A stretch of 64,000 nucleotides of DNA from the NCBI GenBank assembly GCA_963746685.1, contig CAVVBY010000035.1, positions 71,742 to 135,741 on the forward strand, in the 5' to 3' direction. The stretch comes from an uncultured Bacteroidales bacterium (GTDB lineage Bacteria; Bacteroidota; Bacteroidia; Bacteroidales; VadinHA17). The number at the start of each line of letters is the position of its first letter. Within the stretch, counting starts at the first letter, position 1. The notes beneath the pieces were generated by a model. It was not told the origin of the DNA. It did no database searches and saw nothing but the letters and a program-made list of their open reading frames with translations. The position numbers and the translations under genes were made by a program. Of this stretch, positions 8,156 through 17,734 are shown in pieces.

Positions 8156-10709
8156 TTATTCCTCCAGCAGATTAACTTCTTTTACGTCCCGTGTTTTGCA
8201 ATTCAACCTCAGACTCTTTATTTCACACGGTTTGAAATTGCCTGTCCATTTTCTGTTTGTAAAGGAAAAATCAACCGTTGCAGAAGTTTCTGTACCTGAT
8301 GTTTCAACACAGCGTATTATGAGATCATCACCTTCCTCTGATTGTTTTATTGCTGAAACGATAATATTCTCATTGTCAACCGAGAGGAACGATCCGGCTT
8401 TGGGCATGGATCCGCCATGTATTCCCTGGTAGATAACGATAGCAGGGGAGAGGAATTCTTCAGCTTTCCTTACAATATTGCTTTTTTGCCATGTATCCTT
8501 GTGTGGGACCAGCAGCATTCTGAATGTATGTATGCCCTGATCCTGCCATATATGTTCCGCATTCATATCAAGGACTCTCGGATTATGATGTGCATACACA
8601 GCCGAACGAATAACTGAGATCCGCATATCATTGCCATTGACACTATACCCATATTTTGCGTTATTTATGACAGCCAGCCCGTAGGGATTCCCCTTGCTGG
8701 TTCCTGTTATGTCGATCCACCTTTGTCCCGGATCCTCATTCCCGTTTGTTGCACGTTTTATGAATCCATAGGGAGTTTCATAAGTTGCAACTGGTGATTC
8801 AATGTTTACAGGAAATGAGAACTTAACCATTTTCAGGTGTTCGTTCCAGTTAAGTGTGATTTTTGATTCAACAGTTCTGGAGCCTGCATAAAGTATCCAG
8901 TCAATGGTCAGTGCTGAAGCGCCATATGTTGTTGTGACTCTTACTATACTGCGAAGTGGTCCTTTTTCCAGCACTTTGATGGAAGCATTCCCGAATGAAC
9001 CGATCTCTTTTGAGAACGTTTTTATGTCGTGGCTCCATGTATCGCTTGGATCATCAATAACTACAGCCCTGCAGCCTGTTTTTCCACCTTCAAATAATTC
9101 CATGCCATTTTCTTTATCCAGGATTCCAATCGTTCCTGAATCTGAAAAACTTACTTTTAGGAACTCATTTTCCATTGTTTGGTTTTCAGCAGTAACACCA
9201 GGTCTTGATTCTTCTGTATCACCAGCCCTGATCCTTATCTGTCTGTAACCGAAAGCAGGAACAGAAGTTCTGACTATTAATCCCTTGCGGCTTCCGGTTT
9301 CAGTTGTTCCGGAACTCCACTGATGCCTGAGAAGATTTCCCTTCTCATCTTCCGCCAGTGACGGATTCCTGGTATCCCAGTTAAGATCATATTCCAGGTT
9401 CCCCTTTATTTCCCACGCATGAGGATTGAAAACCAGAAGATACTGAGATGCAGGATCTTCTGAGGCAACCTGCCATTCGAGCTTCTGTATGGAAGTATAT
9501 ACAGCCTGATGGGCAACATCCAGATGCATGGCCGAAACCTTCCCGAGCTGTTGCTGAGTGTTCGGGGACGGATGTTCCGGCCAGACTGTCGTGAAACTGA
9601 AGGAACAGTACTCTTTTCCATGCAGAGGTAAAATCCTCTTTCGGATATTTATAATCCCAGATTACTGATCCAAGCGCAGATATTTTTTCAGCGGTCACAA
9701 GCGCAGTTTCTGAAAGTCTGTTGCTTTTTTTGATCTCAGCCTCAGCAGTATAGCAGCCGACTGCGTGATGCTGGAGATCATCCTTTATAACCGGAAGAGT
9801 GAGATTCTTATTATTACGAATCTCATTGAAATACTTTTCAGGCGTGCTGAACAGAAGTGTGGGAGCACCATTCTCAGCCTGAATTTCCTCAATAGATGCA
9901 ATGTTCTCTTTGGTTGCTCCGCCTCCATGATCGCCTGCTCCGTAATATGTCATAAAAGTTTGGAACGGCTGATCCTTAAATTGGCTTAAAACCTGTTCAA
10001 CGCGGGTTCTGACGGATCTGCTGTCAGTATAGCTGATCGGGATACGATAAGTCAGAACTCTCGACCCGTCAGGCCCTTCCCACCAGAACATATCAGCAGG
10101 AATGGTTTTTTCTTTCGGTCCCGGACGCATAAAAACGTAATTCTCCATGCCCTGCAATTTGATTATCTGGGGCAATGTACCTGCATGTCCGAATGAATCG
10201 GGATTAAAAGCGACAGTAGCACGATGTCCAAGAAGTCTTTGAAGAGTTAATTGTCCGTACAATCCCTGTCTTACCATTGCTTCGCCACCGGGTATGTTCA
10301 TATCAGGCTCCACCCACCAGCCTCCCACAACATTCCATCGTCCCTCTTCAACACGCTTTCTTATTTCCTGGAGCATTCCGGGATCATTGTCTGCAACCCA
10401 TTGATAAAATTGTGCTGAGCTTGCTGTAAAAGCAAAGTCGGGTGTCTCATTCATCCTGTCAAGTGCTGAACGGAATGTGCTATGAACCACCGCAATTCCT
10501 TCGGACCATGGCCAGAGCCAGACCGGATCAATATGAGCCTGCCCGATAAGGTGAAATCTGTATTTTCCAGCGTCAAGGGGCCATTTGCCCACCTGCTGTT
10601 TTTCAAGTGGCAGGCTATCCAGCAATGGAACGAAAGCTATACCTGCTGTTCCTGCTGCTGCTTTACCTATAAAGCTCCTGCGGTTGATGATTTTACCTTT
10701 TTTCGACAT
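8156..10709 (-). pseudogene. GH38 alpha-mannosidase with Tat signal, split by one +1 frameshift near 9527-9531
   Basis: ORFs 9387..10709 and 8156..9529 are the N- and C-terminal parts of one GH38 enzyme. The first carries NRRSFIGKAAAGTAG and a GH38 N-domain with HIDPVWLW and FLQFHD. The junction reads ...TAREGFGHA / LDVAHQAVYT with one extra base. Confidence 0.8.
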
Positions 10710-10711
10710 AT

Positions 10712-11680
10712 TTATTTTCCATTTTGGACCATTGCTACGCTAAGACTTGCATAATCGCCAACCTCTTCCCCCAGTGCCGCCGGTACAATACTGCAGACAG
10801 CTCTTGCCGGCTCAAGTGCTTCCTGCCTTATCATTTCAAGACACGCAGGTTCAATGAATTGCCTGCAGCGAACATATATGCTGCCAATAACTATCTTCTG
10901 CGGGTTAAGGATATCTATAAGCAAAGAAAGACCCTTGCCAAGATATTCACCCGAGATTTCGAGTATTTTGATTGCTGTTTTATCTCCTGAAAATGCTGCT
11001 TCAGCAACATCCTTAGCGGTTATTTGGTTTATATTCTCAGGAGTATCACAAAATGAAACGGACTGCTTCAGGGCAAATTTTTCTCTTATTATTTGCTTTG
11101 CGAGGAGAGCAATCCCTGTACCACTGCAAAAACCTTCAAATGAGCCTTTTTTGCCATATGCCCTGGGGCCTTCATCAGCCAGGCGAATGTGACCAACTTC
11201 GCCTGCAAGATCATTTGTGCCTGAATAGAGTCGGCCGTTAATGATTATTCCTCCGCCCATTCCTGTTCCGAAAGTCAGGAAAACCATATTCTGAGTGCCT
11301 CTTCCTGCTCCGAATTTCCACTCGGCAAGTGCACAGGCATTTGCATCGTTCTGCAAAAAGACAGGAACGTTGAACTTATCCTTGAATAAATTTACAATAG
11401 GGATATCATTCCATCCGGGAAGATTGGGAGGAGACTGCACAATTCCTTTTGTGCTGTCAAGAGGACCACCACAGCTTATTCCTATTGCTTTTAACTGGTT
11501 TAGACCGAAATTGTCAACAATTTCGGATGCAGACTTCAACAACAGACTAATTGCATGGCCGGGACCTTTGCTTGTCTCAGTGGGGAAACCGGTTTTTTTA
11601 AGAATTTGCATATCCTCTGTTCCGGCTATAACAGAGCATTTGGTTCCTCCAATGTCAATTCCAAGATAATATGGGTTCAT
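10712..11680 (-). CDS. ROK family sugar kinase
   Basis: LGIDIGGTK ATP-binding start, GAGRGTQNMVFLTFGTGMGGG, and the ROK signature region GEVGHIRL. Its stop is 2 nt from the GH38 start. Confidence 0.85.
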   Translation of the reverse strand: MNPYYLGIDIGGTKCSVIAGTEDMQILKKTGFPTETSKGPGHAISLLLKSASEIVDNFGLNQLKAIGISCGGPLDSTKGIVQSPPNLPGWNDIPIVNLFKDKFNVPVFLQNDANACALAEWKFGAGRGTQNMVFLTFGTGMGGGIIINGRLYSGTNDLAGEVGHIRLADEGPRAYGKKGSFEGFCSGTGIALLAKQIIREKFALKQSVSFCDTPENINQITAKDVAEAAFSGDKTAIKILEISGEYLGKGLSLLIDILNPQKIVIGSIYVRCRQFIEPACLEMIRQEALEPARAVCSIVPAALGEEVGDYASLSVAMVQNGK

Positions 11681-11689
11681 AAATTCAGC

Positions 11690-12931
11690 TTATTTAATGT
11701 TCTTCCAGAATTTCTCCTCCGATTTATTAAGTTCAATTTTCTTCTTTCTTTCGAGGAAATAATAAAATAATAATGCTACTATACCTGTAACCAGCAGCCC
11801 AAGAATGAGATGCTGCATAATATTCGAAATATGTGGATCTGCCGGAGTTGCCTGGTTATTCCGAAAGGTAACATCAGTGACGCTTTCAGCTTTTCTTCCA
11901 ACCTCAATACCGAAAATATTTTTTGCAAAAAACAATGAGAAAAAGGCTAAAAGACCTGAGAAAATGGGTGTGGCTACCCATCCGGCAGAAATTTCACCAA
12001 GTATTCTGAAATTAATGTTCCTGGCTCCTCTGTATAATCCGATTCCGATTACACAGCCAATTATCACCTGTGAAGAGGATACCGGTACCATCGGAATAGG
12101 AGGCAATCCGATTTTGACAAATACCGAAGAAAGCCAGGAGGATGAGAATATAAAGAGTACCAGTGTCAGCGCAAGAACAGTTACAAGGGCAGCTTCGGAA
12201 GAGAGTTCTACAATATTGTTCCCGACTGTCTCCATTACTTTTTTAGAATAGGTCAATATTCCGGATGCAATAGCTAATCCGCCAAGCAGAAAAAGTTGTT
12301 GGGCGGAAGAAAGTGTGAATAATCCCAAATTAAGGTCCTGAAGGTTAAATGCAGGAACAAACACTCCCATCACATTGGCGATATTGTTTGCACCCAGGCT
12401 GAAGGCGCCAAATGCTCCGACAATTAAAAGACCGGTCCGGATATATGCCTCAAAGCGGATAAGGTGTAATGATGAATTTTTCTTGATAGTTTTGAGAATT
12501 ATGTACAAAAGGATTGCAAAAACAGCACCCAACACCGGACCAGATATCCATGTCGAAATTATCTGGGTCAATACCCTGCTGTCCGTATGATTTCCGGTGA
12601 AGAGGTTCCATCCAATAATTGCGCCTACAATTGCCTGTGTGGTTGATACAGGAAGACCAAATTTAGTCATAATATAAACTGTTATTGCGGCTGCCAGAGC
12701 CACAGTAAATGAACCTCCGATTGCATTGACAGCGCCAAGTTTGCCAAGAGTGTCAGAAGTTCCTGCTCCCTGTATAACGGCACCCAATATGACAAATACT
12801 GATGCAATAATTGCGGCCTTTCTGAAGCTCACCATCTTTGAACCTACAGCTGAGCCAAAGACATTAGCAGCATCGTTGGCGCCAAGTGACCATCCCAGGA
12901 AGAGACCGCTGGTTAAGAAAAGTATTATCAT
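11690..12931 (-). CDS. inorganic phosphate transporter, PiT family
   Basis: GANDAANVFGSAVGS and a second GANNIANVMG half-repeat, with multiple TM segments. Confidence 0.9.
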   Translation of the reverse strand: MIILFLTSGLFLGWSLGANDAANVFGSAVGSKMVSFRKAAIIASVFVILGAVIQGAGTSDTLGKLGAVNAIGGSFTVALAAAITVYIMTKFGLPVSTTQAIVGAIIGWNLFTGNHTDSRVLTQIISTWISGPVLGAVFAILLYIILKTIKKNSSLHLIRFEAYIRTGLLIVGAFGAFSLGANNIANVMGVFVPAFNLQDLNLGLFTLSSAQQLFLLGGLAIASGILTYSKKVMETVGNNIVELSSEAALVTVLALTLVLFIFSSSWLSSVFVKIGLPPIPMVPVSSSQVIIGCVIGIGLYRGARNINFRILGEISAGWVATPIFSGLLAFFSLFFAKNIFGIEVGRKAESVTDVTFRNNQATPADPHISNIMQHLILGLLVTGIVALLFYYFLERKKKIELNKSEEKFWKNIK

Positions 12932-12957
12932 AGATCAGAACTAAATATTATTCTTTT

Positions 12958-13015
12958 GACTCACGACTCATGGAAATCATTTTTCCGGGCATCTTGCGCC
13001 GTGTGCCCTGTGTCG
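12958..13015. repeat. heptamer-periodic arms (gactcac gactcat ... tgcgccg tgtgccc tgtgtcg)
   Basis: Read directly from the sequence. The right arm ends 3 nt before the stop codon (13019-13021) of the minus-strand DUF47 gene. Confidence 0.55.
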
Positions 13016-13018
13016 TTT

Positions 13019-13669
13019 TTACATCACAATCTTAATCGCCATTGCTGAGAGGAGATCCGCTGCCTTCTGGGCATTGTCAGAAATATTCTCGATATGATGA
13101 ATAATATATCTGAGATGTGCTTTATGCGCCAGATCCAGATCCTTCATTTCCTGAAATATAATCCTGGTGGTGTTTCTTGATACCTTATCAGTCTCACTTT
13201 CGAAATAGTAGACTTTAAGTAGTTTTTCCCTGACTGTATAGGGCGATTTGAAATATGCCCTTGCAGCAGGTATAAGCTCTTCCCCCGCGCAGACAGAAGC
13301 TTCCATAATACTTATGAAATTGTGGTTAAGCGATGCCGGAATTTCAGGCATTTCAATACTGAATTCATTTAGTGAAGATTTCAGAGTATCGATAATTTCA
13401 TCGAGGGAGTCAATAAGTGAACTTACCTCGCTCCTGTGCTGCGGAAGGATTGAATGGGTTATCATTTCATTCTCTATTGATCGCTGGAGTTTATCTGCAT
13501 TGCTTTCAAGCAATTCTACCTTCTGAATATGTCTGTTAAATGTTTCCATATCTTTTTCGAGGTAGGCTTTCACACCTTCCCTGAAAACAAGCAGTCCCAG
13601 ATCAATATTATCAAAAAACTCATCAATCTTTATAATGAGATTTTTTGTGGTCCTCGTAAATACAGCCAT
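13019..13669 (-). CDS. DUF47/PhoU-like putative phosphate-transport regulator (TIGR00153-type)
   Basis: About 216-aa all-helical protein directly upstream of a PiT gene. It is a paralogue of 47936..48586. Confidence 0.8.
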   Translation of the reverse strand: MAVFTRTTKNLIIKIDEFFDNIDLGLLVFREGVKAYLEKDMETFNRHIQKVELLESNADKLQRSIENEMITHSILPQHRSEVSSLIDSLDEIIDTLKSSLNEFSIEMPEIPASLNHNFISIMEASVCAGEELIPAARAYFKSPYTVREKLLKVYYFESETDKVSRNTTRIIFQEMKDLDLAHKAHLRYIIHHIENISDNAQKAADLLSAMAIKIVM

Positions 13670-13734
13670 CTGATTAAAATAAGTATTGTTTATTATTAAA
13701 TTCTATTATCAATATTGTCAGACTAAGGATTAAA

Positions 13735-13877
13735 GATTCCTCACTACGTTCGGAATGACAGGTGTTAGGGAGTTTTATATGAGAGAGGGGCGAGCGGAGG
13801 CTCAACCTCCGCTCGCCCCTCTCTCATATATCATAAGCATTTGTCATTCTGAGCGAAACGAAGTGAAGCGAAGAATC
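13735..13877. repeat. composite inverted element: REP-like unit (reverse), perfect 25-bp-stem palindrome, REP-like unit (forward)
   Basis: 13735-13760 gattcctcactacgttcggaatgaca is the reverse complement of a tgtcatt...gaatc unit. 13776-13800 and 13806-13830 (tatatgagagaggggcgagcggagg / cctccgctcgcccctctctcatata) are perfectly complementary with loop ctcaa. 13842-13877 is tgtcattctgagcgaaacgaagtgaagcgaagaatc. Confidence 0.8.
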
Positions 13878-13957
13878 TTTTTATCATATTTTAAATATAA
13901 CCGACCACTAGTGAAAAAATAGGATTTGATGCTTTAACAAATATAACCTTTTGCTCA

Positions 13958-15355
13958 TCAGAATTCAATGATCTTCTCTATTTTGTATCCCTTAAGATAT
14001 TGTTTTAATATTACCTGAATATCGCGATTATCTCCCGAAGATTTTATGCAGTCGTGAACTGCTGTCAATCCGAATCCCATTTCATTTATATTGAAGTACC
14101 CGAAACCTGAGAATTTACCGTTTACCACTTTTATTGCGCTTCTTTCTTCTTCATCCCTTCCCTTGTCGATGATAAAAAAGTTACGACGCGAAAAAACAAA
14201 CTCTTCAGCTGCTTTTCTTGCCCGTTCATTATAAGAATCAGACGACTCTTTACCACAGCAGGCTCCCCTGCAGACGCCAACATGATAATGAAAACAAGGT
14301 CCATTGGTTTCATAGAGTCCGGTAAGCTTCTGACACAGTTCATATTTTTCAACAAGCGACATCAGCATCGACTTAGCCCTCTCTTTTCCGGTGAATACCG
14401 ATACCGGATTATCGTCACAGTCGAGTTTGCCGTAATTGAAATTTATATAACCGCTATGATCTGTAAAGCTGAAAATACCCCATTGAAAACCGGTACGGCG
14501 CTGAGCCCTGTTATATACAGGCTTGTTTTTCTTGATTTCAGAAGATTCCATAAGAAGGGCAATCAGCTCACTCCCTGTAACTTCCCAGTCAATATCGGCA
14601 ATGAAATCACGCATTTCCATCGCACGGTTTGTAGTATTGTTTGACAGATGGGTCCTGATCCTTTGCTGAAGATTCCTGCTCTTGCCGATATAGATCAGAT
14701 CACCCTTTTCATTGTAGAAATAATAAACCCCGGGTTCTTCAGGTATTGATTCCACCTTTTCAACATCAAGGTTCGGATTCAGCTTCGAAAGCCTTGTGTT
14801 CTTCATCAGACCTGAATATCGTCCCGTGATCTCTTTATCTTTCTTCAGGAGTAATTCAAAGAGTCTTACTGTAGCCAGTGCATCGCCTGCTGCCCTGTGC
14901 CTGCCATTGATCATAATGCCGAGATCCTTACAAATGTTCCCGAGACTGTACGACCTGTGACCAGGTATCAGCTTCCTTCCCAGTGTCACTGTGTCGAGGA
15001 GGCTTCTCCTGTAGTTATAACCTAATGATTTGAACTCCTGTCGTATAAATGAATAGTCAAACTTTGCATTATGGGCAACCAGCGTTCTTCCCTGTGTCAG
15101 CTCTATAATTGCTTTTGCAACCTCAAAGAACCGTGGTGCATCCTCAACCATTTCGTTTGTAATTCCCGTAAGGTTGGTAATAAAGTAGGGGATATTCCTT
15201 TCCGGATTTACAAGTGTAACAAACTCTCCTGTTATTTTTTCTCCATCATGCTGAAATATAGCAATTTCAGTGATTTTTTCAATTCTGGAACTCCCTCCTG
15301 TGGTTTCAATATCAACAATCGCATACATGAATTGAGAAGTCAATTGATATGACAT
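13958..15355 (-). CDS. DnaQ-like 3'-5' exonuclease fused to GIY-YIG (Cho/UvrC-N-like) nuclease domain
   Basis: Exo motifs DIETTG, HNAKFDYSF and HRAAGDALAT, followed by the GIY-YIG motif GVYYFYNEKGDLIYIGKSRNLQQRIRTH. The start may be the second Met (15328). Confidence 0.85.
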   Translation of the reverse strand: MSYQLTSQFMYAIVDIETTGGSSRIEKITEIAIFQHDGEKITGEFVTLVNPERNIPYFITNLTGITNEMVEDAPRFFEVAKAIIELTQGRTLVAHNAKFDYSFIRQEFKSLGYNYRRSLLDTVTLGRKLIPGHRSYSLGNICKDLGIMINGRHRAAGDALATVRLFELLLKKDKEITGRYSGLMKNTRLSKLNPNLDVEKVESIPEEPGVYYFYNEKGDLIYIGKSRNLQQRIRTHLSNNTTNRAMEMRDFIADIDWEVTGSELIALLMESSEIKKNKPVYNRAQRRTGFQWGIFSFTDHSGYINFNYGKLDCDDNPVSVFTGKERAKSMLMSLVEKYELCQKLTGLYETNGPCFHYHVGVCRGACCGKESSDSYNERARKAAEEFVFSRRNFFIIDKGRDEEERSAIKVVNGKFSGFGYFNINEMGFGLTAVHDCIKSSGDNRDIQVILKQYLKGYKIEKIIEF

Positions 15356-15399
15356 CTGCTAATATATGCAGAAATGCTGGCTGATAGCCTTATTGTTTG

Positions 15400-15407
15400 T
15401 ATTTTTG
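15400..15407 (+). promoter_or_regulatory. candidate Bacteroidota -7 promoter element (TATTTTTG matches TAnnTTTG)
   Basis: Motif 20 nt upstream of the ATG at 15428. I did not see a convincing -33 TTG. Confidence 0.3.
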
Positions 15408-15427
15408 TATAGAAAAAACTCCTGATC

Positions 15428-16258
15428 ATGAACGAATGCTACGGTAAAAAATTCATTCTTAACGGTGAGTTGCTTCCCTCTGACCAATTTGATAATTCAC
15501 TCGTTTACGAAGGCGATTCCATATATGAAGTAATACGGATGATCAAGGGCAATCCTGTCTTTTTTCATGACCATATGGAACGGCTTGAATCAAGCATCAG
15601 GATCCGGCAGAAAGAACCCCTTGCAAAAATGGGCGACCTGCGAAAGGATATTATTAATCTGGTGAAGACTGAAAAACGGAAAGATATCAACCTGAAAATC
15701 GTCTTTAACTATAACCAGGAATCGAACAATTACCTTATATATTTTATTGAACCAATCTATCCTTCAGAGGAGCAATCCAAAAAAGGAGTTAAAGGGATAC
15801 TCTTTTATGCTGAAAGAAAAAATCCGGAATCAAAGGTGATAAATCATAAGCTTCGTTCATCGATCTATCATAAACTTATACTGGAAGGAGGATATGAAGC
15901 TCTTCTTGTAAATGAAGAGAATCAGATAACAGAGGGAAGCAGGTCAAATATATTTTTTCTGAAAGGAGAGACCCTGACAACTGCACCAGACGATAAAATT
16001 CTTAACGGGATAACCAGAAAATATATACTTGACATCTGCCATGACCATAAGATCAAGGTAAAATTCATGTGCGTGCCTGTTGATTCAATTCAGGATTATG
16101 ATGCTGCATTCATGACCGGAACATCTCCAATGGTATTGCAGTTTTATTGCATAGGAAATATTTACTTCAATGTCCGCATTGCGTTGATTGAAAACCTCCG
16201 CAAACTATATTTCGAAAAAGCCGAGGAGAGCATAAAATGGTTTACGGCTGACAAATGA
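15428..16258 (+). CDS. aminotransferase class IV family protein (BCAT/ADC-lyase-like)
   Basis: Length and motifs (EGSRSNIFF, LNGITRKYIL) fit fold-type IV PLP enzymes. Confidence 0.7.
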   Translation: MNECYGKKFILNGELLPSDQFDNSLVYEGDSIYEVIRMIKGNPVFFHDHMERLESSIRIRQKEPLAKMGDLRKDIINLVKTEKRKDINLKIVFNYNQESNNYLIYFIEPIYPSEEQSKKGVKGILFYAERKNPESKVINHKLRSSIYHKLILEGGYEALLVNEENQITEGSRSNIFFLKGETLTTAPDDKILNGITRKYILDICHDHKIKVKFMCVPVDSIQDYDAAFMTGTSPMVLQFYCIGNIYFNVRIALIENLRKLYFEKAEESIKWFTADK

Positions 16259-16312
16259 GTTCATAAGTAATTTATTTTACTAACTTTGCGGCTTATTAAA
16301 TAATCCGCTATT

Positions 16313-16606
16313 ATGCCAAGCATCAGAAAGCTTAAAAAGAGTATTGATTCGCTGATTTTCGAGGTGATCTCAGATTGTTTTACTTTTGGCACCCTTCATC
16401 CCGAGGACAAGGCAGAAGAGGTATCGGGCATAATTGCAGATGCCGTCTCATTGAGAAATAACCTCATTAAGCGGGTAAACAATCCTGAAAAAAACGATGA
16501 TCCAAAATCAGTGAGGTCTCATTTTCAGCTCGTGGAAAAGGATTTGTTTACTGGTACTGATAAACTTTGCGGAAGGCTCAGCGAACTGCACGGGAAGGTA
16601 AAATAA
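16313..16606 (+). CDS. hypothetical small protein
   Basis: 97-aa ORF with reasonable composition and no recognisable motif. Its 3' end overlaps the convergent radical SAM gene by 29 nt. Confidence 0.4.
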   Translation: MPSIRKLKKSIDSLIFEVISDCFTFGTLHPEDKAEEVSGIIADAVSLRNNLIKRVNNPEKNDDPKSVRSHFQLVEKDLFTGTDKLCGRLSELHGKVK

Positions 16607-17561
16607 AATATCTGTATACCTGATTACCGCAACCGATGCATTTGCCCATCCCATCAAGGTTCATTAATCTTGTATTATAACCTGATCTTCTGGTAACAAC
16701 TTTGCCACATTTACTGCAAAGGGTATCCTGCCCGGTATCATTGGCAGTATTCCCCATGTAGACATATTTCAGATTTCCCGAGGCTGTTTCGAACAACCTT
16801 GTAAGCGTTTCCAGCGATGTTGCCGGATCATTTCTTTTATACATCGGAAAATACCTGCTCAGGTGAAAAGGCGTCTCATTTCCGAGCTCTTCTGAAATCC
16901 ATTTTGTTTGTGCTTCCATTTCCTCAATGGAATCGTTCCTCCCGGGAATTATCAAAGTGGTGATCTCAAGATGATTTCCAGCCTTTGCTATCTGTTTTAG
17001 AGATTCTTTTACAGGTTCAAGTTCAGCACCGGTCAGTTTTTTGTAGAATAATTCATTAAATGCCTTGAGGTCTATATTGAATGCATCGATAAATCCCAGC
17101 ATTTCATTTAGGGGATCTCTGTTTACAAAACCATTGCTGACCATTACGGTGTACAATCCCTTTTCTTTAATTTTGATAGCTGTATCTCTCATGAATTCGA
17201 ACCATATCACCGGTTCATTATATGTAAATGCCAGTCCGGTGTTCTTCGAGGCATAAACAGCCTCCGCTGTAATTTTGTCCGGATCAGTTTCAGGTGAAAA
17301 ACTTTCGGCACTTTTTTGTGAAATATGCCAGTTCTGGCAGAAATCGCATTTCATATTGCAGCCATAGGATCCGATAGAAAGAATGTTGCAACCGGGAAAA
17401 AAGTGGTATAAAGGCTTCTTTTCAACAGGATCAAGGGAATGACCCGAAATGACACCATAAGTCATCAGCTCAATCTTCTCTCCCGTGTTTTTTCTTACGC
17501 CGCATATTCCCCTCCTGCCGGGGGCTAGTTTACAGAAATGAGGGCACAGCCTGCACTCCAA
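16578..17561 (-). CDS. AmmeMemoRadiSam-system radical SAM enzyme
   Basis: N-terminal CRLCPHFC...G.CGVR, the radical SAM cluster CNMKCDFCQN, and a C-terminal Cys cluster CSKCG...CIGCG. The ORF begins at a TTG. An out-of-frame ATG lies just upstream (atgaaggttacttggag). Confidence 0.85.
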   Translation of the reverse strand: MECRLCPHFCKLAPGRRGICGVRKNTGEKIELMTYGVISGHSLDPVEKKPLYHFFPGCNILSIGSYGCNMKCDFCQNWHISQKSAESFSPETDPDKITAEAVYASKNTGLAFTYNEPVIWFEFMRDTAIKIKEKGLYTVMVSNGFVNRDPLNEMLGFIDAFNIDLKAFNELFYKKLTGAELEPVKESLKQIAKAGNHLEITTLIIPGRNDSIEEMEAQTKWISEELGNETPFHLSRYFPMYKRNDPATSLETLTRLFETASGNLKYVYMGNTANDTGQDTLCSKCGKVVTRRSGYNTRLMNLDGMGKCIGCGNQVYRYFILPSRAVR

Positions 17562-17734
17562 GTAACCTTCATATTTCAGATAAAGCGGTCTCAGATTAAT
17601 GATATTAAGTCAGGATAAAATTACATCAAATCCCTTAAATCAGTTAGAAAAAGATATACTTTTATGTATGAAAACTAACCTTGTTTTTTCACAGGCCTCC
17701 ACAGGCTGGCAGGCTTAAAAGACATAGTACTGAA

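Noticed and set aside
13958-15355. DnaQ/GIY-YIG fusion as a defence nuclease.
   Set aside because: It is a stand-alone gene with no partner genes (methylase, ATPase or sensor). The architecture matches the widespread Cho-like repair fusion.
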